From NCBI GenBank assembly GCA_046566045.1, contig JBKHXL010000007.1, positions 31,987 to 95,986 of the forward strand: 64,000 nt of DNA, in the 5' to 3' direction. The stretch is from Candidatus Limnocylindria bacterium. Its GTDB lineage: Bacteria; Chloroflexota; Limnocylindria; Limnocylindrales; CSP1-4. Every line of letters begins with the position of its first letter. Position 1 is the stretch's first letter. The notes beneath the pieces are model-generated. The model was not told where the DNA came from. It ran no database searches and was given only the letters and a program-made list of their open reading frames with translations. This document shows positions 53,390 through 63,652 of this stretch, one piece after another. The position numbers and the translations under genes are program-made.

Positions 53390-53947
53390 ATGATCAGCAC
53401 CGGCGAGTTGAAGAAGGGCGTCGCCATCGAGCTCGACGGCGAGCTCTGGCAGATCCTCGACTACCACCACATCAAGATGGGCCGCGGGTCGGCCCAGGTC
53501 CGCATCACGCTGCGCAACATCAAGCGCGGGCAGACCGTGGAGCGCTCGTTCCAGGCGGGCACCAAGTGGCCGCGCGCCTCGATGGAGAAGCGCCCGGTGC
53601 AGTTCCTGTACCGCGACGGCGACGACTTCCACTTCATGGATACCGACACGTACGACCAGTTCGCGCTGACGCGCGAGATGCTCGGGGACACGGCCCAGTA
53701 CCTGAAGGACGGGATGACCCTGGACCGCACCTCGTACCAGGGCGAGACGATCGGGGTGGAGCTGCCGGTCTCCGTGGACCTGGCCGTCACCGACACCGAG
53801 CCCGGCTTCGCCGGCGATACGCAGTCCGGGGCGCGCAAGAGCGCGACGACCGAGACGGGCCTCGTCGTCACGGTGCCCATCTTCGTCGAGATCGGTGACA
53901 CGATCCGCGTCGACACCCGGACCGGCGAGTACCAGACCCGCGTCTGA
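53390..53947 (+). CDS. efp: Elongation factor P
   Basis: MISTGELKKGVAIELDGELWQILDYHHIKMGRGSAQVRITLRNIKRG..., 185 aa with the full three-domain EF-P pattern. Confidence 0.95.
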   Translation: MISTGELKKGVAIELDGELWQILDYHHIKMGRGSAQVRITLRNIKRGQTVERSFQAGTKWPRASMEKRPVQFLYRDGDDFHFMDTDTYDQFALTREMLGDTAQYLKDGMTLDRTSYQGETIGVELPVSVDLAVTDTEPGFAGDTQSGARKSATTETGLVVTVPIFVEIGDTIRVDTRTGEYQTRV

Positions 53948-53948
53948 C

Positions 53949-55301
53949 ATGACCGAGCCCGCGGCCGCAGCGCGCGCGCCGGGCACGTTCGGGCTGCACG
54001 TCCTCGGCGTCAGCGAGGTCACCCGCGTCGTGAAGGGGGCCCTGCGCTCGGAGCCGCGCCTGACCGACCTGTGGGTCGAGGGCGAGGTCGGCCGCGTCAC
54101 CGTGTCGTCCGCGGGGCACGCCTACTTCAGCCTCAAGGACGAGCGCAACCAGCTCCAGTGCGTGTGGTTCCGCGACGACCGGGTCCGGTCGGCCTTCGAG
54201 GCCCAGGCCGGTCTGCGCATCGTCGTCCACGGCCGGATGGACCTGTATGAGCCGACCGGGGCGCTCCAGCTGTACGTGGACGCCGTCCAGCCGGCGGGCT
54301 TCGGCGACCTCGCCCTGCGCTTCGAGCAGACGAAGGCGCGCCTCGCCGCGGAGGGCCTGTTCGCCACCTCGCGCAAGCGCCCCCTTCCGTCGCGGCCGCG
54401 CACGATCGCCGTGATCACGTCGCCGTCGGGCGCGGTATGGCGCGACATCTCGCACGTGCTGGCCCGTCGCTGGCCCCTCGTGCAGGTCATCCTCGTCGCG
54501 GCTGCCGTGCAGGGCGAGGACGCGCCGGCGAGCATCGTGTCGGCCTTCCGGCGGGTCGAGCGCTACGCGCAGGGCCTGATCGGCGCCGGTCGGGGAGGGG
54601 AGGCCCCGGGGGTGACCATCCTGGCCCGCGGCGGCGGGTCGCTCGAGGACCTGTGGGCGTTCAACGACGAGCGGGTCGCGCGCGCGGTGGTCGATCACCC
54701 GTGGCCCGTCGTGTGCGGCGTCGGGCACGAGGTCGACGTCACGCTGGCCGATCTCGCCGCCGATGTCCGGGCACCCACCCCGTCGGCGGCGGCCGAGGTC
54801 GTCGTGCCCGACCAGGCCGAGATGGCAGCCGCGCTGCGCCGCGCGGCCGATCGCCTGAGCGCGGCCACGGCCCGGCGGCTGGCCCAGGCGTCGCGCGACC
54901 TGGCGGTCGAGCGGCGAGCGCTCGACCGGGTCGACCCCGCCACGCGGCTCGCCGCGGCGCGCGAGCAGGTCGGACTGCTGTTCGATCGGGCGACCCGCGC
55001 CGTGACCGCGCGGCTGGCCCGCGAGCGGCTGGTGCTCGACGGCGCCGCCGAGGCCCTGCCCAGGCTCGTGGCGACGCGGGTGGCGGCGGCCCGGAGCGCG
55101 GTCGACGGCGCGCGCACCGCGCTGACGGTCCTCGGTCCCGGTGCGACCCTCGAGCGCGGCTACGCCATCGTGCGTGCGGCCGACGGGACCATCGTGCGCG
55201 ACGCCGCGGCCGTCGCCCCGGGCGACGCCCTGGCGATCCGCGTGGCACGCGGCGAGCTTGGCGCCGTGGTCAGCGAGCGCTCGGGTGGGAGCCCCGACTG
55301 A
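53949..55301 (+). CDS. xseA: Exodeoxyribonuclease VII large subunit
   Basis: OB-fold N-terminus (LWVEGEVGRVTVSSAGHAYFSLKDERNQLQCVWF), IAVITSPSGAVWRDI, GRGGGSLEDLWAFNDE, and a C-terminal coiled-coil. Confidence 0.9.
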   Translation: MTEPAAAARAPGTFGLHVLGVSEVTRVVKGALRSEPRLTDLWVEGEVGRVTVSSAGHAYFSLKDERNQLQCVWFRDDRVRSAFEAQAGLRIVVHGRMDLYEPTGALQLYVDAVQPAGFGDLALRFEQTKARLAAEGLFATSRKRPLPSRPRTIAVITSPSGAVWRDISHVLARRWPLVQVILVAAAVQGEDAPASIVSAFRRVERYAQGLIGAGRGGEAPGVTILARGGGSLEDLWAFNDERVARAVVDHPWPVVCGVGHEVDVTLADLAADVRAPTPSAAAEVVVPDQAEMAAALRRAADRLSAATARRLAQASRDLAVERRALDRVDPATRLAAAREQVGLLFDRATRAVTARLARERLVLDGAAEALPRLVATRVAAARSAVDGARTALTVLGPGATLERGYAIVRAADGTIVRDAAAVAPGDALAIRVARGELGAVVSERSGGSPD

Positions 55302-55435
55302 TGGAGCTCGTGGTGTTCCTGGTGGCGGTCATCGCGTTCGCCCTCATCGGCGTGCGCATCGGTATGCTGGTCGCCCCGCGGCTGACGCGGATGATGGACG
55401 CGCCTGATGAGGATGCCGGTGACGGACCGAGCTGA
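55301..55435 (+). CDS. 44-aa single-TM mini-ORF between xseA and xseB (tentative)
   Basis: The ATG shares one base with the xseA stop. Sequence MELVVFLVAVIAFALIGVRIGMLVAPRLTRMMDAPDEDAGDGPS. It overlaps the xseB start by about 25 nt in another frame. Confidence 0.3.
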   Translation: MELVVFLVAVIAFALIGVRIGMLVAPRLTRMMDAPDEDAGDGPS

Positions 55436-55709
55436 GACCGACCCCGCGGCCGAGCGGCCGGTCAGCGAGCTGACCTTCGACGAGGCGCTCGCCGAGCTGC
55501 AGCGGTCGATCGCCGCCCTGGAGGCGGGCGGGCAGCCGCTCGAGCAGACGCTCGCGATCCACGAGCGTGGCGCGGCCCTGTTGGAGCGCTGCGAGACGCT
55601 GCTGCGCGGGGCCGAGCTGCGCATGCAGCAGCTCGTGGCCAGACCGGGCGGGGCGGTCGAGGCCGAGCCGCTGCGGCGTGCCCCCGATGACGGTCCACCC
55701 GACGGCTGA
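55407..55709 (+). CDS. xseB: Exodeoxyribonuclease VII small subunit
   Basis: LTFDEALAELQRSIAALEAGGQPLEQTLAIHERGAALLERCETLL is the XseB helical-hairpin signature. The start is ambiguous (ATG 55407 or 55413, or GTG 55419). Confidence 0.85.
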   Translation: MRMPVTDRAETDPAAERPVSELTFDEALAELQRSIAALEAGGQPLEQTLAIHERGAALLERCETLLRGAELRMQQLVARPGGAVEAEPLRRAPDDGPPDG

Positions 55710-55734
55710 GCGGCCCCGGCGTCCCCGCACCGCC

Positions 55735-56955
55735 CTACCCGGGCCCCGCCGGCCCGACCAGGTGGCTGGGCGTGACGACGCCCTTGCCCTTGATCTCGAC
55801 CGCCGCACGCTCCACCACCCGGAATGAGGGGGCCAGGCGCCCGGCCGCCGTCGGCCCCAGCGTGACGGCATCGCGCTCCCCGTGCGACTCCATGCGGCTG
55901 GCCATATTGACCGTGTCGCCCCACACGTCGTAGCTGAACTTGCGACGACCGATGACGCCGGCGACGACCGGTCCGGTCTCCACGCCGATCCGCAGGTGGA
56001 CGCCGAGGCCGGCATCACGCAGCCGGGCCGCCGCGTCCAGCATGTCGAGCGCCATCCGGGCGACCGCTTCGGCGTGGTCCGGACGAGGCGTCGGGAGTCC
56101 TCCTGCGACCATGTACGCGTCGCCGATCGTCTTGATCTTCTCGAGACCGTGCCTGTCCACCAGCGCGTCGAATGCCGTGAAGAGCTGGTCGAGCAGGTCG
56201 ACGACGGCGTCCGGGCCGGTTCGCTCCGCGAACGGCGTGAAGTCGACGATATCGGCGAACAGGACCGTCACGTCCGGGTGTCGGTCGGCGATGCGCGACG
56301 GGCCGGCCGTGGCCTCGAGCGCCTTCAGCCGGCGGGCGATGACGTCGGGCAGGATGTTGCGCAGCAGCGCATCGGACGCGGCCCGAGCGCGCTCCCGGTC
56401 ACGCACGAAGTACTGGAGCAGGATGTAGGCGACGGCCGCCACCGAGCCCATGTTGAGGACCCAGAACATGGTGCGGACGCCGTCGGGCAGCGGATCCGCG
56501 CCGGCGGCGAGGGACGGGTCCACCACGCCCGACACGGCGACCAACCCGATGTACGCCAGGAACCACGGGATCGCCCGCCGCGCATCCAGGAAGTACACGG
56601 CGCCGAAGGCCGCAACCAGGGCCCACAGGCTGACGGCCGACGACTGCTCGAAGCCGCCGAGGACCCACTGCAGGATGAACGGCAGGACCAGCATGAGCGA
56701 CAGCTGGACGGCCCGGAACAGGTCGTACCGCTTGGTCCACCAGAGCGCCACGAGCCCGATGACCGACACGACCTGGTAGCTCAGCGGGATGACCGCCGCC
56801 GAGGGTCGGTCAAGGAGCACGAAGGTGCCCGTCCAGGCGAAGGCCAGGATCGTGACGATCGTCGCGGCGATGGTCAGCGATCGCTTGCGGACGGCGGTAT
56901 CGGGATCGTCGTCGGCGTCGCAGCCGATGGAGGCATATCGATCGAATGTCGTCAT
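55735..56955 (-). CDS. Class III adenylate/guanylate cyclase with an N-terminal 6-TM domain
   Basis: Cyclase homology domain VTVLFADIVDFTPF...KTIGDAYMVAGGLP...GVETGPVVAGVIG.RKFSYDVWGDTVNMASRMES. Confidence 0.85.
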   Translation of the reverse strand: MTTFDRYASIGCDADDDPDTAVRKRSLTIAATIVTILAFAWTGTFVLLDRPSAAVIPLSYQVVSVIGLVALWWTKRYDLFRAVQLSLMLVLPFILQWVLGGFEQSSAVSLWALVAAFGAVYFLDARRAIPWFLAYIGLVAVSGVVDPSLAAGADPLPDGVRTMFWVLNMGSVAAVAYILLQYFVRDRERARAASDALLRNILPDVIARRLKALEATAGPSRIADRHPDVTVLFADIVDFTPFAERTGPDAVVDLLDQLFTAFDALVDRHGLEKIKTIGDAYMVAGGLPTPRPDHAEAVARMALDMLDAAARLRDAGLGVHLRIGVETGPVVAGVIGRRKFSYDVWGDTVNMASRMESHGERDAVTLGPTAAGRLAPSFRVVERAAVEIKGKGVVTPSHLVGPAGPG

Positions 56956-57074
56956 CGCGGCGCAATGCTAGTCCGCGGCGCGTCCCATCGCGGGCCGGGC
57001 CACACGGTCGGTCCACCGGGTCCGCCGATCGCGCGCGCCGCGCGGAGAAACTGGCGACCGCGCAGGAACAGGTT

Positions 57075-57080
57075 TATGAT
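57075..57080 (+). promoter_or_regulatory. -10-like TATGAT upstream of dxs (leadered)
   Basis: TATGAT at 57075-57080, 51 nt before GTG 57132. Confidence 0.35.
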
Positions 57081-57131
57081 GGCGCCCGACACGCCGTTCA
57101 TCCGTCCCACCGACCGAGGCGAACCACCACC

Positions 57132-59165
57132 GTGACCATCCTGTCCACGCTCCAGGGTCCGGCCGACCTGCGCGGCCTCGATGAGGTCGAGCTGGCGATG
57201 CTGGCGGCCGAGATCCGCGACACGATCATCCGGACCGTCGCCTCGACGGGCGGGCATCTGGGCTCGTCGCTCGGTGTGGTCGAGCTGACGATCGCGCTCC
57301 ACCGGCTCCTCGAGTCGCCGCGCGACCGCATCGTGTGGGACACGGGCCACCAGGCCTACCCGCACAAGCTGCTGACCGGTCGCTTCGAGCGGTTCGGCAC
57401 GCTTCGCCAGCTGGACGGCATCGGCGGCTTCCCGCGCCGCTCGGAGTCCGAGCACGACGTGTTCGATGGCGGGCACGCCGGCACGGGCCTGTCGATCGCC
57501 CAGGGGCTGGCGGAGGCGCGCGATCTGCGCCACGGCCTGGAGCGCATCGCGGTGGTGGTCGGGGACGCGGCCCTGATGAGCGGCCTGTCGCTGGAGGCGC
57601 TCAACGACATCGGCCAGCGCCAGACCCGCATGCTCATCGTCGTCAATGACAACGAGATGTCGATCAGCCCGACCGTCGGGGCCCTGTCGAAGTACCTCTC
57701 GCAGGTCAAGCTGTCGGTGGCGTGGCGGCAGAGCAAGAGCGCCTACGACCGCGCGGTCGAGCGGCTGCCCGTGGTCGGGGGCACCGTCCTGGAGTTGAGC
57801 CAGCGGCTGCGTCGCTCGGTCGTCCAGTTCGCCCAGCCGGGCCAGCTGTTCGAGGACCTCGGCCTGACCTACATCGGCGTCGTCCCGGGCCATGACCAGC
57901 ATGCCCTGCTGGAGACCCTCGGCGCGGCGCTCGACCTGCCCGGACCGGTCATCGTCCACGTCCGGACCCAGAAGGGTCGAGGCTTCCGCCCGGCCGAGAC
58001 CGATCAGGTCGGCTTCCACGGGGCGGCGCTGCCCCCGATGCCGCCGGTGGACCTCCCCGCCGATGCGACCAACGGCACGGCCACCGACCCGCTCGCGTCG
58101 GAGTCGATGACCGACGACGCCACGGCTCCGGCCGCCGTCCGGCAGGCGCCCAGGAAGCACCCGAACTACACCGCGGTCTTCGCCGACGAGCTGATCGAGC
58201 TCGGGCGGACCGATCGACGCATCGTGGGCCTGACCGCCGGCATGCCGACCGGGACGGGCATGGCCAAGTTCGGCGCCGCCTTCCCGGACCGGGTCTACGA
58301 CGTCGGGATCGCCGAGCAGCATGCGGTCGCCCTCGCGACGGGCCTGGCGTTGGGCGGCATGCGCCCCGTCGTGGCCCTCTACTCGACGTTCCTCCAGCGG
58401 GCGTTCGACCAGACCGTCCACGACGTCTGCCAGAACGACCAGCCCGTGCTCATCGCGGTCGATCGGGCCGGCCTGGTCGGCGAGGACGGCACCAGCCACC
58501 AGTGCATGTTCACGATCCCGGCGCAGCGCCAGCTCCCGAACCTGATCATCGCCGCGCCGCGGGACGAACAGGAGCTGCGCTCGCTGCTGCATACGGCGCT
58601 GGCGCAGGGTCACCCGTTCGCCCTGCACTATCCGCGCGACCCGGGCTTCGGCCTGCCCCCGGTCGAGCCGCGGATCATCCCGATCGGGCAGGGCGAGGCC
58701 CTGCGCGAGGGCCAGGACGTCCTGTTCGTGGGCCTGGGCCCCATCGTCATGCGGGCGCTCGAGGCCGCCGATGCGCTGACGGCGGAGGGCTGGAGCATCG
58801 GCGTGGTCGACGCCCGCTTCGCCAAGCCGCTCGACCGCCAGCTCATCCTCGATGCGGCCCGCGGCAAGCGACTCGTCGTGACGTTCGAGGAGAGCGTCAC
58901 GACCGGCGGCTTCGGGAGCGGCGTCCTGGACGTCATCGAGGAGGCCCGCGTCGCCGACGCGGCGTTCCGCGATACGGTCGTGCGCATCGTGGGCATCCCG
59001 GGCGACCGCTTCGTGGACCACGGCTCGGTGGCGGACCTGCGACGGGTCCTGCGCCTCGACGCCCCCGGCCTCGCCGACCAGGTGCGCGAAGCGCTGGCCG
59101 CCGTCGGGGCGACGCCGGCGCGGATCGGCCAGGCTGCGGACGTCGCTGCCGAGGTTCGGGGCTAG
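57132..59165 (+). CDS. dxs: 1-deoxy-D-xylulose-5-phosphate synthase
   Basis: [49 protein letters not shown], and IAEQHAV. Confidence 0.95.
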   Translation: MTILSTLQGPADLRGLDEVELAMLAAEIRDTIIRTVASTGGHLGSSLGVVELTIALHRLLESPRDRIVWDTGHQAYPHKLLTGRFERFGTLRQLDGIGGFPRRSESEHDVFDGGHAGTGLSIAQGLAEARDLRHGLERIAVVVGDAALMSGLSLEALNDIGQRQTRMLIVVNDNEMSISPTVGALSKYLSQVKLSVAWRQSKSAYDRAVERLPVVGGTVLELSQRLRRSVVQFAQPGQLFEDLGLTYIGVVPGHDQHALLETLGAALDLPGPVIVHVRTQKGRGFRPAETDQVGFHGAALPPMPPVDLPADATNGTATDPLASESMTDDATAPAAVRQAPRKHPNYTAVFADELIELGRTDRRIVGLTAGMPTGTGMAKFGAAFPDRVYDVGIAEQHAVALATGLALGGMRPVVALYSTFLQRAFDQTVHDVCQNDQPVLIAVDRAGLVGEDGTSHQCMFTIPAQRQLPNLIIAAPRDEQELRSLLHTALAQGHPFALHYPRDPGFGLPPVEPRIIPIGQGEALREGQDVLFVGLGPIVMRALEAADALTAEGWSIGVVDARFAKPLDRQLILDAARGKRLVVTFEESVTTGGFGSGVLDVIEEARVADAAFRDTVVRIVGIPGDRFVDHGSVADLRRVLRLDAPGLADQVREALAAVGATPARIGQAADVAAEVRG

Positions 59166-59337
59166 CGATCCGGCGACCCGACGCGCGACCGCCGCGAGGC
59201 GCGTGCCGGCACGGGTGTCCATGCGCCGACCGCACGGCGCGCCGACCGCACGGCCACCCGCGGGGCAGGACCACGGCATCCGTCGAGGATCGGCCGAGGT
59301 GAGCGGCCTGTGCCACGATAGACGGGTGACGACCAGG

Positions 59338-60123
59338 ATGCGTCTGGACCAGCTCCTCGTCGAGCGTGGGCTCGCCGAGACCCGGTCGCGTGCCCAGGCG
59401 CTCATCCTGGCGGGCAAGGTCCGGGTCGGCGAGGGGGACGCGGCCCGGCGCGACCACAAGCCCGGCGACCAGCTGGACGGCGCCCGGACGGCGATCGCCG
59501 TCGAGCAGCCGGACCCCTACGTCAGTCGCGGCGGGCACAAGCTCGCAGCGGCCCTCGACGCGTTCGCGATCGATCCCGCGGGCGCCGTCGGACTCGACGT
59601 GGGCGCCTCCACCGGCGGCTTCACCGACGTGCTGCTCCAGCGCGGCGCCCGCCGCGTCTACGCCCTCGACGTGGGGCGCGGCCAGCTGGCCGAGCGGCTG
59701 CGCCGCGACGACCGGGTGGTGAGCCTGGAGCGGACCAACGCCCGGACGCTCACGGCCGGCAGCCTGCCCGAGCCGATCGACATCGCGGTCATCGACGTGA
59801 GCTTCATCTCGCTCGCGACGATCCTGCCCGCCGTCGCCACGACGCTGGCGCCGCGCGCCGCGGTCGTCGCCCTGGTCAAGCCCCAGTTCGAGGCCGGCAG
59901 GGGTCGCACCGACCACGGCGTGGTGCGCGATCCGGCGATCCACCGCGAGGTGCTGGGGCGCGTCACGGAGGCCGCCCGGACCGGGGCCGGGCTCGGGACG
60001 CGCGCCGTCATCGCCTCGCCCATCCTTGGGCCCGAGGGGAACCGCGAGTTCCTCGTCCACCTGGCCGTGGGCCCGAGCTGCGCGGAGGTCGAGGGTCGCA
60101 TCGACGAGGTGACCGCCGCATGA
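59338..60123 (+). CDS. tlyA: TlyA-family rRNA 2'-O-methyltransferase (S4 plus FtsJ-like domains)
   Basis: [28 protein letters not shown]..., YVSRGGHKL, and [20 protein letters not shown]. An in-frame GTG at 59326 is an alternative start. Confidence 0.85.
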   Translation: MRLDQLLVERGLAETRSRAQALILAGKVRVGEGDAARRDHKPGDQLDGARTAIAVEQPDPYVSRGGHKLAAALDAFAIDPAGAVGLDVGASTGGFTDVLLQRGARRVYALDVGRGQLAERLRRDDRVVSLERTNARTLTAGSLPEPIDIAVIDVSFISLATILPAVATTLAPRAAVVALVKPQFEAGRGRTDHGVVRDPAIHREVLGRVTEAARTGAGLGTRAVIASPILGPEGNREFLVHLAVGPSCAEVEGRIDEVTAA

Positions 60124-60980
60124 GCCACCCGACCGTGGGCAGGATCGGCTTCGCCTACAACCCGACCAACGAGGCGGCCGCGGAGTTGAGTGCCCGCGCC
60201 GCCGGATGGTGCCAGGTGCGCGGGATCGCGGAGTGGCAGGCGCAGGCGGGCGACATCGACCGGCTGCGGGCGGAGCTGCCGGGGACCGATGCGCTGGTCG
60301 TGCTCGGCGGCGACGGGACGTTCCTGCGCGCGGCCCGCGCCGTGGCCGAGATCGACGTCCCGCTGCTCGGCATCAACCTGGGCAAGATCGGGTTCCTGTC
60401 CAAGGCGGAGGCCAGCGAGCTCGAATCGGTCCTCGCCAGCATCGTCGCCGGCGACTACACCATCGACGAGCGGATGGTCATCGAGGGACGCATCCTGCGC
60501 GGCGGCATCGCCGGCGAGGGGGACGGCGAACGGCACGTGGCCCTCAACGACGTGGTCATCGCGCGGGGCTCGCTCGCCCGCGTCTGCCGCCTCGACGTGT
60601 CCATCGACGACACGCACCTGGCCACGTTCATCGCGGACGGGCTGGTCGTGTCCAGCCCGACGGGCTCGACCGGCTACAGCTTCAGTGCCGGCGGGCCGAT
60701 CCTCGACCCGGTCTCGCGCAACCTCGTGGTCACGCCCATCGCGGCCTACCTGTCGGCCATCCGCTCGGTCGTGGTCAGCCCCGCCCAGGTCGTGCGCTGC
60801 CGGGTCGTCGATGCGCACGAGGCGCTCGTCTCGATCGACGGCCGCGAGGATCTGTCGATCGCGGTCGGCGACGTGGTCGAGGTGCGTGGCGTCGAGCGTC
60901 CCATCCGGCTGGTCGAGCCGTCCGGCGCGCAGCCGTTCTGGGACCTGCTCCGCCACAAGGTCGAGCTCCTCCCGTCGTGA
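60120..60980 (+). CDS. nadK: NAD kinase
   Basis: [46 protein letters not shown]. The ATG overlaps the tlyA stop. Confidence 0.9.
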   Translation: MSHPTVGRIGFAYNPTNEAAAELSARAAGWCQVRGIAEWQAQAGDIDRLRAELPGTDALVVLGGDGTFLRAARAVAEIDVPLLGINLGKIGFLSKAEASELESVLASIVAGDYTIDERMVIEGRILRGGIAGEGDGERHVALNDVVIARGSLARVCRLDVSIDDTHLATFIADGLVVSSPTGSTGYSFSAGGPILDPVSRNLVVTPIAAYLSAIRSVVVSPAQVVRCRVVDAHEALVSIDGREDLSIAVGDVVEVRGVERPIRLVEPSGAQPFWDLLRHKVELLPS

Positions 60981-62704
60981 GCGCGGATGGCGCGGCGCCG
61001 TCGGTCGGGCGGCTGCTGGAGCTGACCGTCACCGACCTGGCCCTGATCGATCGGCTTCGCCTGCCCTTCGACGCCGGCCTGAACGTCCTGACCGGCGAGA
61101 CCGGCGCCGGGAAGAGCCTGCTCATCGACGCCCTCGGGCTCGCCCTGGGAGCCCGCGCCGACACGTCCCTCGTGCGCCACGGCGCGGAGACCGCGCGGGT
61201 GGAGGCCCTGTTCGATCGCGTGCCCGAGCCGCTCATCGCCGCGCGCGAGGTGGCCGCCAGCGGTCGCTCCACGGCGCGCATCGACGACGGCGCCGTGACG
61301 GCCGCACGCCTGGCCGACGAGGTCGGACCGCTGGTCGAGATCCACGGCCAGCACGACCAGGGCCGACTGCTCGACGAGCGCTGGCAGCGCGACCTGCTCG
61401 ACGCCTTCGGCGGCCACGGGCCGCAGCGGGAGCGGGTCGCCTCGGCCGTCGCCCGCTGGCGCGAGAACCGCCAGGCGCTCGAGGCCGCGGCGCTCGATCC
61501 GCGCGCCGTCGCGCGCCGGCTGGAGGTGCTGGAGTACGAGGCGGCGGAGATCGCCGGCGCCCGCCTGCGGCCGGGTGAGGCGGACGAGATCTCGGCCCGA
61601 CTCGTGGCGGCGCAGCACGGCGAGGCGATCGCCATCGGGTCGGCCGCGCTCCATCGCGCCCTGCTCGAGGAGGGCGGCGCCCGCGACGCCGCGGGCGTGG
61701 CGGTCCACGAGGCGCGCTCGCTGGCTCGCCTCGATCCGCGCTTCGAGCCGCTGGTCGAGCGACTGGCCGGCCTCGAGGCCGAGATCGCCGACGTGGCCGC
61801 CGAGGCACGGACGCTGGCCGAGGGGATCGACCACGACCCGGCCGCCATCGCCGAGCTCGATGCCCGGCTCGGGACGATCCACGGGCTGGTCCGCCGCTAC
61901 GGCGACGACGAGGCGGCCGTCATCGCCCACGGCGAGCGAGCGGCGGCCGAGGCGGAACGGCTGCGCGGCCTCGACGAGGAGCGCGCCCGCCGACAGGCCG
62001 ACGACGCGAGGCTGCTCGACGAGGTCGCCACGGCGGCGTCGGCGCTGTCGGCGGCGCGGGCCGAGACCGGGCGGATGCTGACCGGCAGCGTCGGGGCCGC
62101 GCTGACCGAGCTCGGCTTCGGTCCGGACGTCTTCGACATCGGGATCGGCCGGCGTCCGGCGTCGAGCGGCGAGCCCGCCGTCGAGCTGGACGGCGACGCC
62201 GTGGCCTTCGACGCGACCGGCGTGGATGTCGTCGTCTTCCGTTTCCGGCCGAACCCCGGCGAGCCCGCTCGACCGCTGGCCCGCATCGCATCCGGCGGCG
62301 AGCTCTCACGGGTCGCCCTCGCCATCAAGCGCGTCCTCGCCGAGGCGGACGCCACCCCGACCCTCGTCTTCGACGAGATCGACACGGGCATCGGCGGCCG
62401 GACCGCGGATCCGCTCGGGCGGAGCCTGTGGGGCCTGGCCCGGCGGCACCAAGTCCTGTGCGTGACGCACCTGCCCCAGATCGCCGCGCACGCCGACGCC
62501 CACTTCCGCATCGCCAAGCGTGAGCGGGACGGGCGGACCGTCACGTCGGTCGAGCGGCTCGACCGCGAGGGACGCATCGTCGAACTGGCCGCGATGCTCG
62601 GCGGCGGGCCGCGCGACGCCGCCTCCCTGGCCCAGGCGCGCGAGCTGCTCGACCGCGCCGAGGCGTGGCGCGGCCGTCCGGTGGCGACGCGGCGCGCCGA
62701 CTGA
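60977..62704 (+). CDS. recN: DNA repair protein RecN
   Basis: Walker A LTGETGAGKSLLIDAL, a long coiled-coil, signature ASGGELSRVALA, and Walker B LVFDEIDTGIGG. The GTG start overlaps the nadK stop. Confidence 0.9.
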   Translation: MSADGAAPSVGRLLELTVTDLALIDRLRLPFDAGLNVLTGETGAGKSLLIDALGLALGARADTSLVRHGAETARVEALFDRVPEPLIAAREVAASGRSTARIDDGAVTAARLADEVGPLVEIHGQHDQGRLLDERWQRDLLDAFGGHGPQRERVASAVARWRENRQALEAAALDPRAVARRLEVLEYEAAEIAGARLRPGEADEISARLVAAQHGEAIAIGSAALHRALLEEGGARDAAGVAVHEARSLARLDPRFEPLVERLAGLEAEIADVAAEARTLAEGIDHDPAAIAELDARLGTIHGLVRRYGDDEAAVIAHGERAAAEAERLRGLDEERARRQADDARLLDEVATAASALSAARAETGRMLTGSVGAALTELGFGPDVFDIGIGRRPASSGEPAVELDGDAVAFDATGVDVVVFRFRPNPGEPARPLARIASGGELSRVALAIKRVLAEADATPTLVFDEIDTGIGGRTADPLGRSLWGLARRHQVLCVTHLPQIAAHADAHFRIAKRERDGRTVTSVERLDREGRIVELAAMLGGGPRDAASLAQARELLDRAEAWRGRPVATRRAD

Positions 62705-62709
62705 CGCCG

Positions 62710-63633
62710 ATGTCGCCGCCGCCCCTGGAGGACGCCATCCGGCAGTACCTCGATCACCTGGCCGTGGAGCGCGGCCTGGCCGGCGCGACGATCCGCGCCT
62801 ACCGCGGCGACCTCGGCGACTTCGTGGCATGGCGCGGCGCCGCCCTGGGCTGGGCCTCGTCGGCCGACGCGGCCGTCGGCTACCTGGCCGCGCGGACCCG
62901 CCGAGGCCGCCCGACCGACCCGGGCCTCGCCCCCAGCAGCCTGCGCCGTCGGGCGGCCGCGCTCAAGGGCTTCTATCGGTTCGCCTTCGGCGAGGGGATC
63001 ATCGGCGTGGACGTCGCCGCCCATCTCGACCTGCCGCGCCAGTCCCGCCGCCTGCCCGACACGCTGACCGTGGACGAGGTCGAGCGACTGCTGGGGGCCG
63101 GGGCCGCTTCCGCATGGCCCGGCCGTGACCGGGCGCTCCTCGAGCTGCTGTACGCGGCGGGGCTGCGGGTCAGCGAGGCCATCGGGCTCGACCGCGAGGA
63201 CCTGTCCCTGGACGGCAGCTTCGTGCGGGTCATCGGGAAGGGCGACAAGGAGCGCCTCGTGCCCATCGGCGAGGTGGCCCTCGACGCCCTGGAGGCATGG
63301 CTGGCGGGCGAGCGCCCGGGCCTCCTGTCGCTGGGCCACGTCGTGCCGCCGCGTGGCGGGCCCCTCTTCCTCGGTTCGCGCGGCCGGCGGCTGGCCCGAC
63401 AGCAGGCGTGGAGCGCGGTCAGGGCCGCGGCCCGGCACGCCGGACTCGGCGCCCGCGTCACGCCGCACACCCTGCGCCACTCGTTCGCGACGCACCTGCT
63501 CGAGGGCGGAGCCGACCTGCGCGTCGTCCAGGAGTTGCTCGGCCATGCGAGTATCTCTACCACGCAGTTGTACACCCATCTCACCGGGGAGCGGATCCGC
63601 GACGTCTACCGTCGCGCGCACCCCCGGGCCTGA
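62710..63633 (+). CDS. xerD: Tyrosine recombinase XerD-type
   Basis: YLDHLAVERGLAGATIRAYRGDL, and the catalytic motif HTLRHSFATHLLEGGADLRVVQELLGHASISTTQLYTH. The position after recN matches xerD synteny. Confidence 0.85.
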   Translation: MSPPPLEDAIRQYLDHLAVERGLAGATIRAYRGDLGDFVAWRGAALGWASSADAAVGYLAARTRRGRPTDPGLAPSSLRRRAAALKGFYRFAFGEGIIGVDVAAHLDLPRQSRRLPDTLTVDEVERLLGAGAASAWPGRDRALLELLYAAGLRVSEAIGLDREDLSLDGSFVRVIGKGDKERLVPIGEVALDALEAWLAGERPGLLSLGHVVPPRGGPLFLGSRGRRLARQQAWSAVRAAARHAGLGARVTPHTLRHSFATHLLEGGADLRVVQELLGHASISTTQLYTHLTGERIRDVYRRAHPRA

Positions 63634-63652
63634 CCTTGGAGGGCGCGCGACG

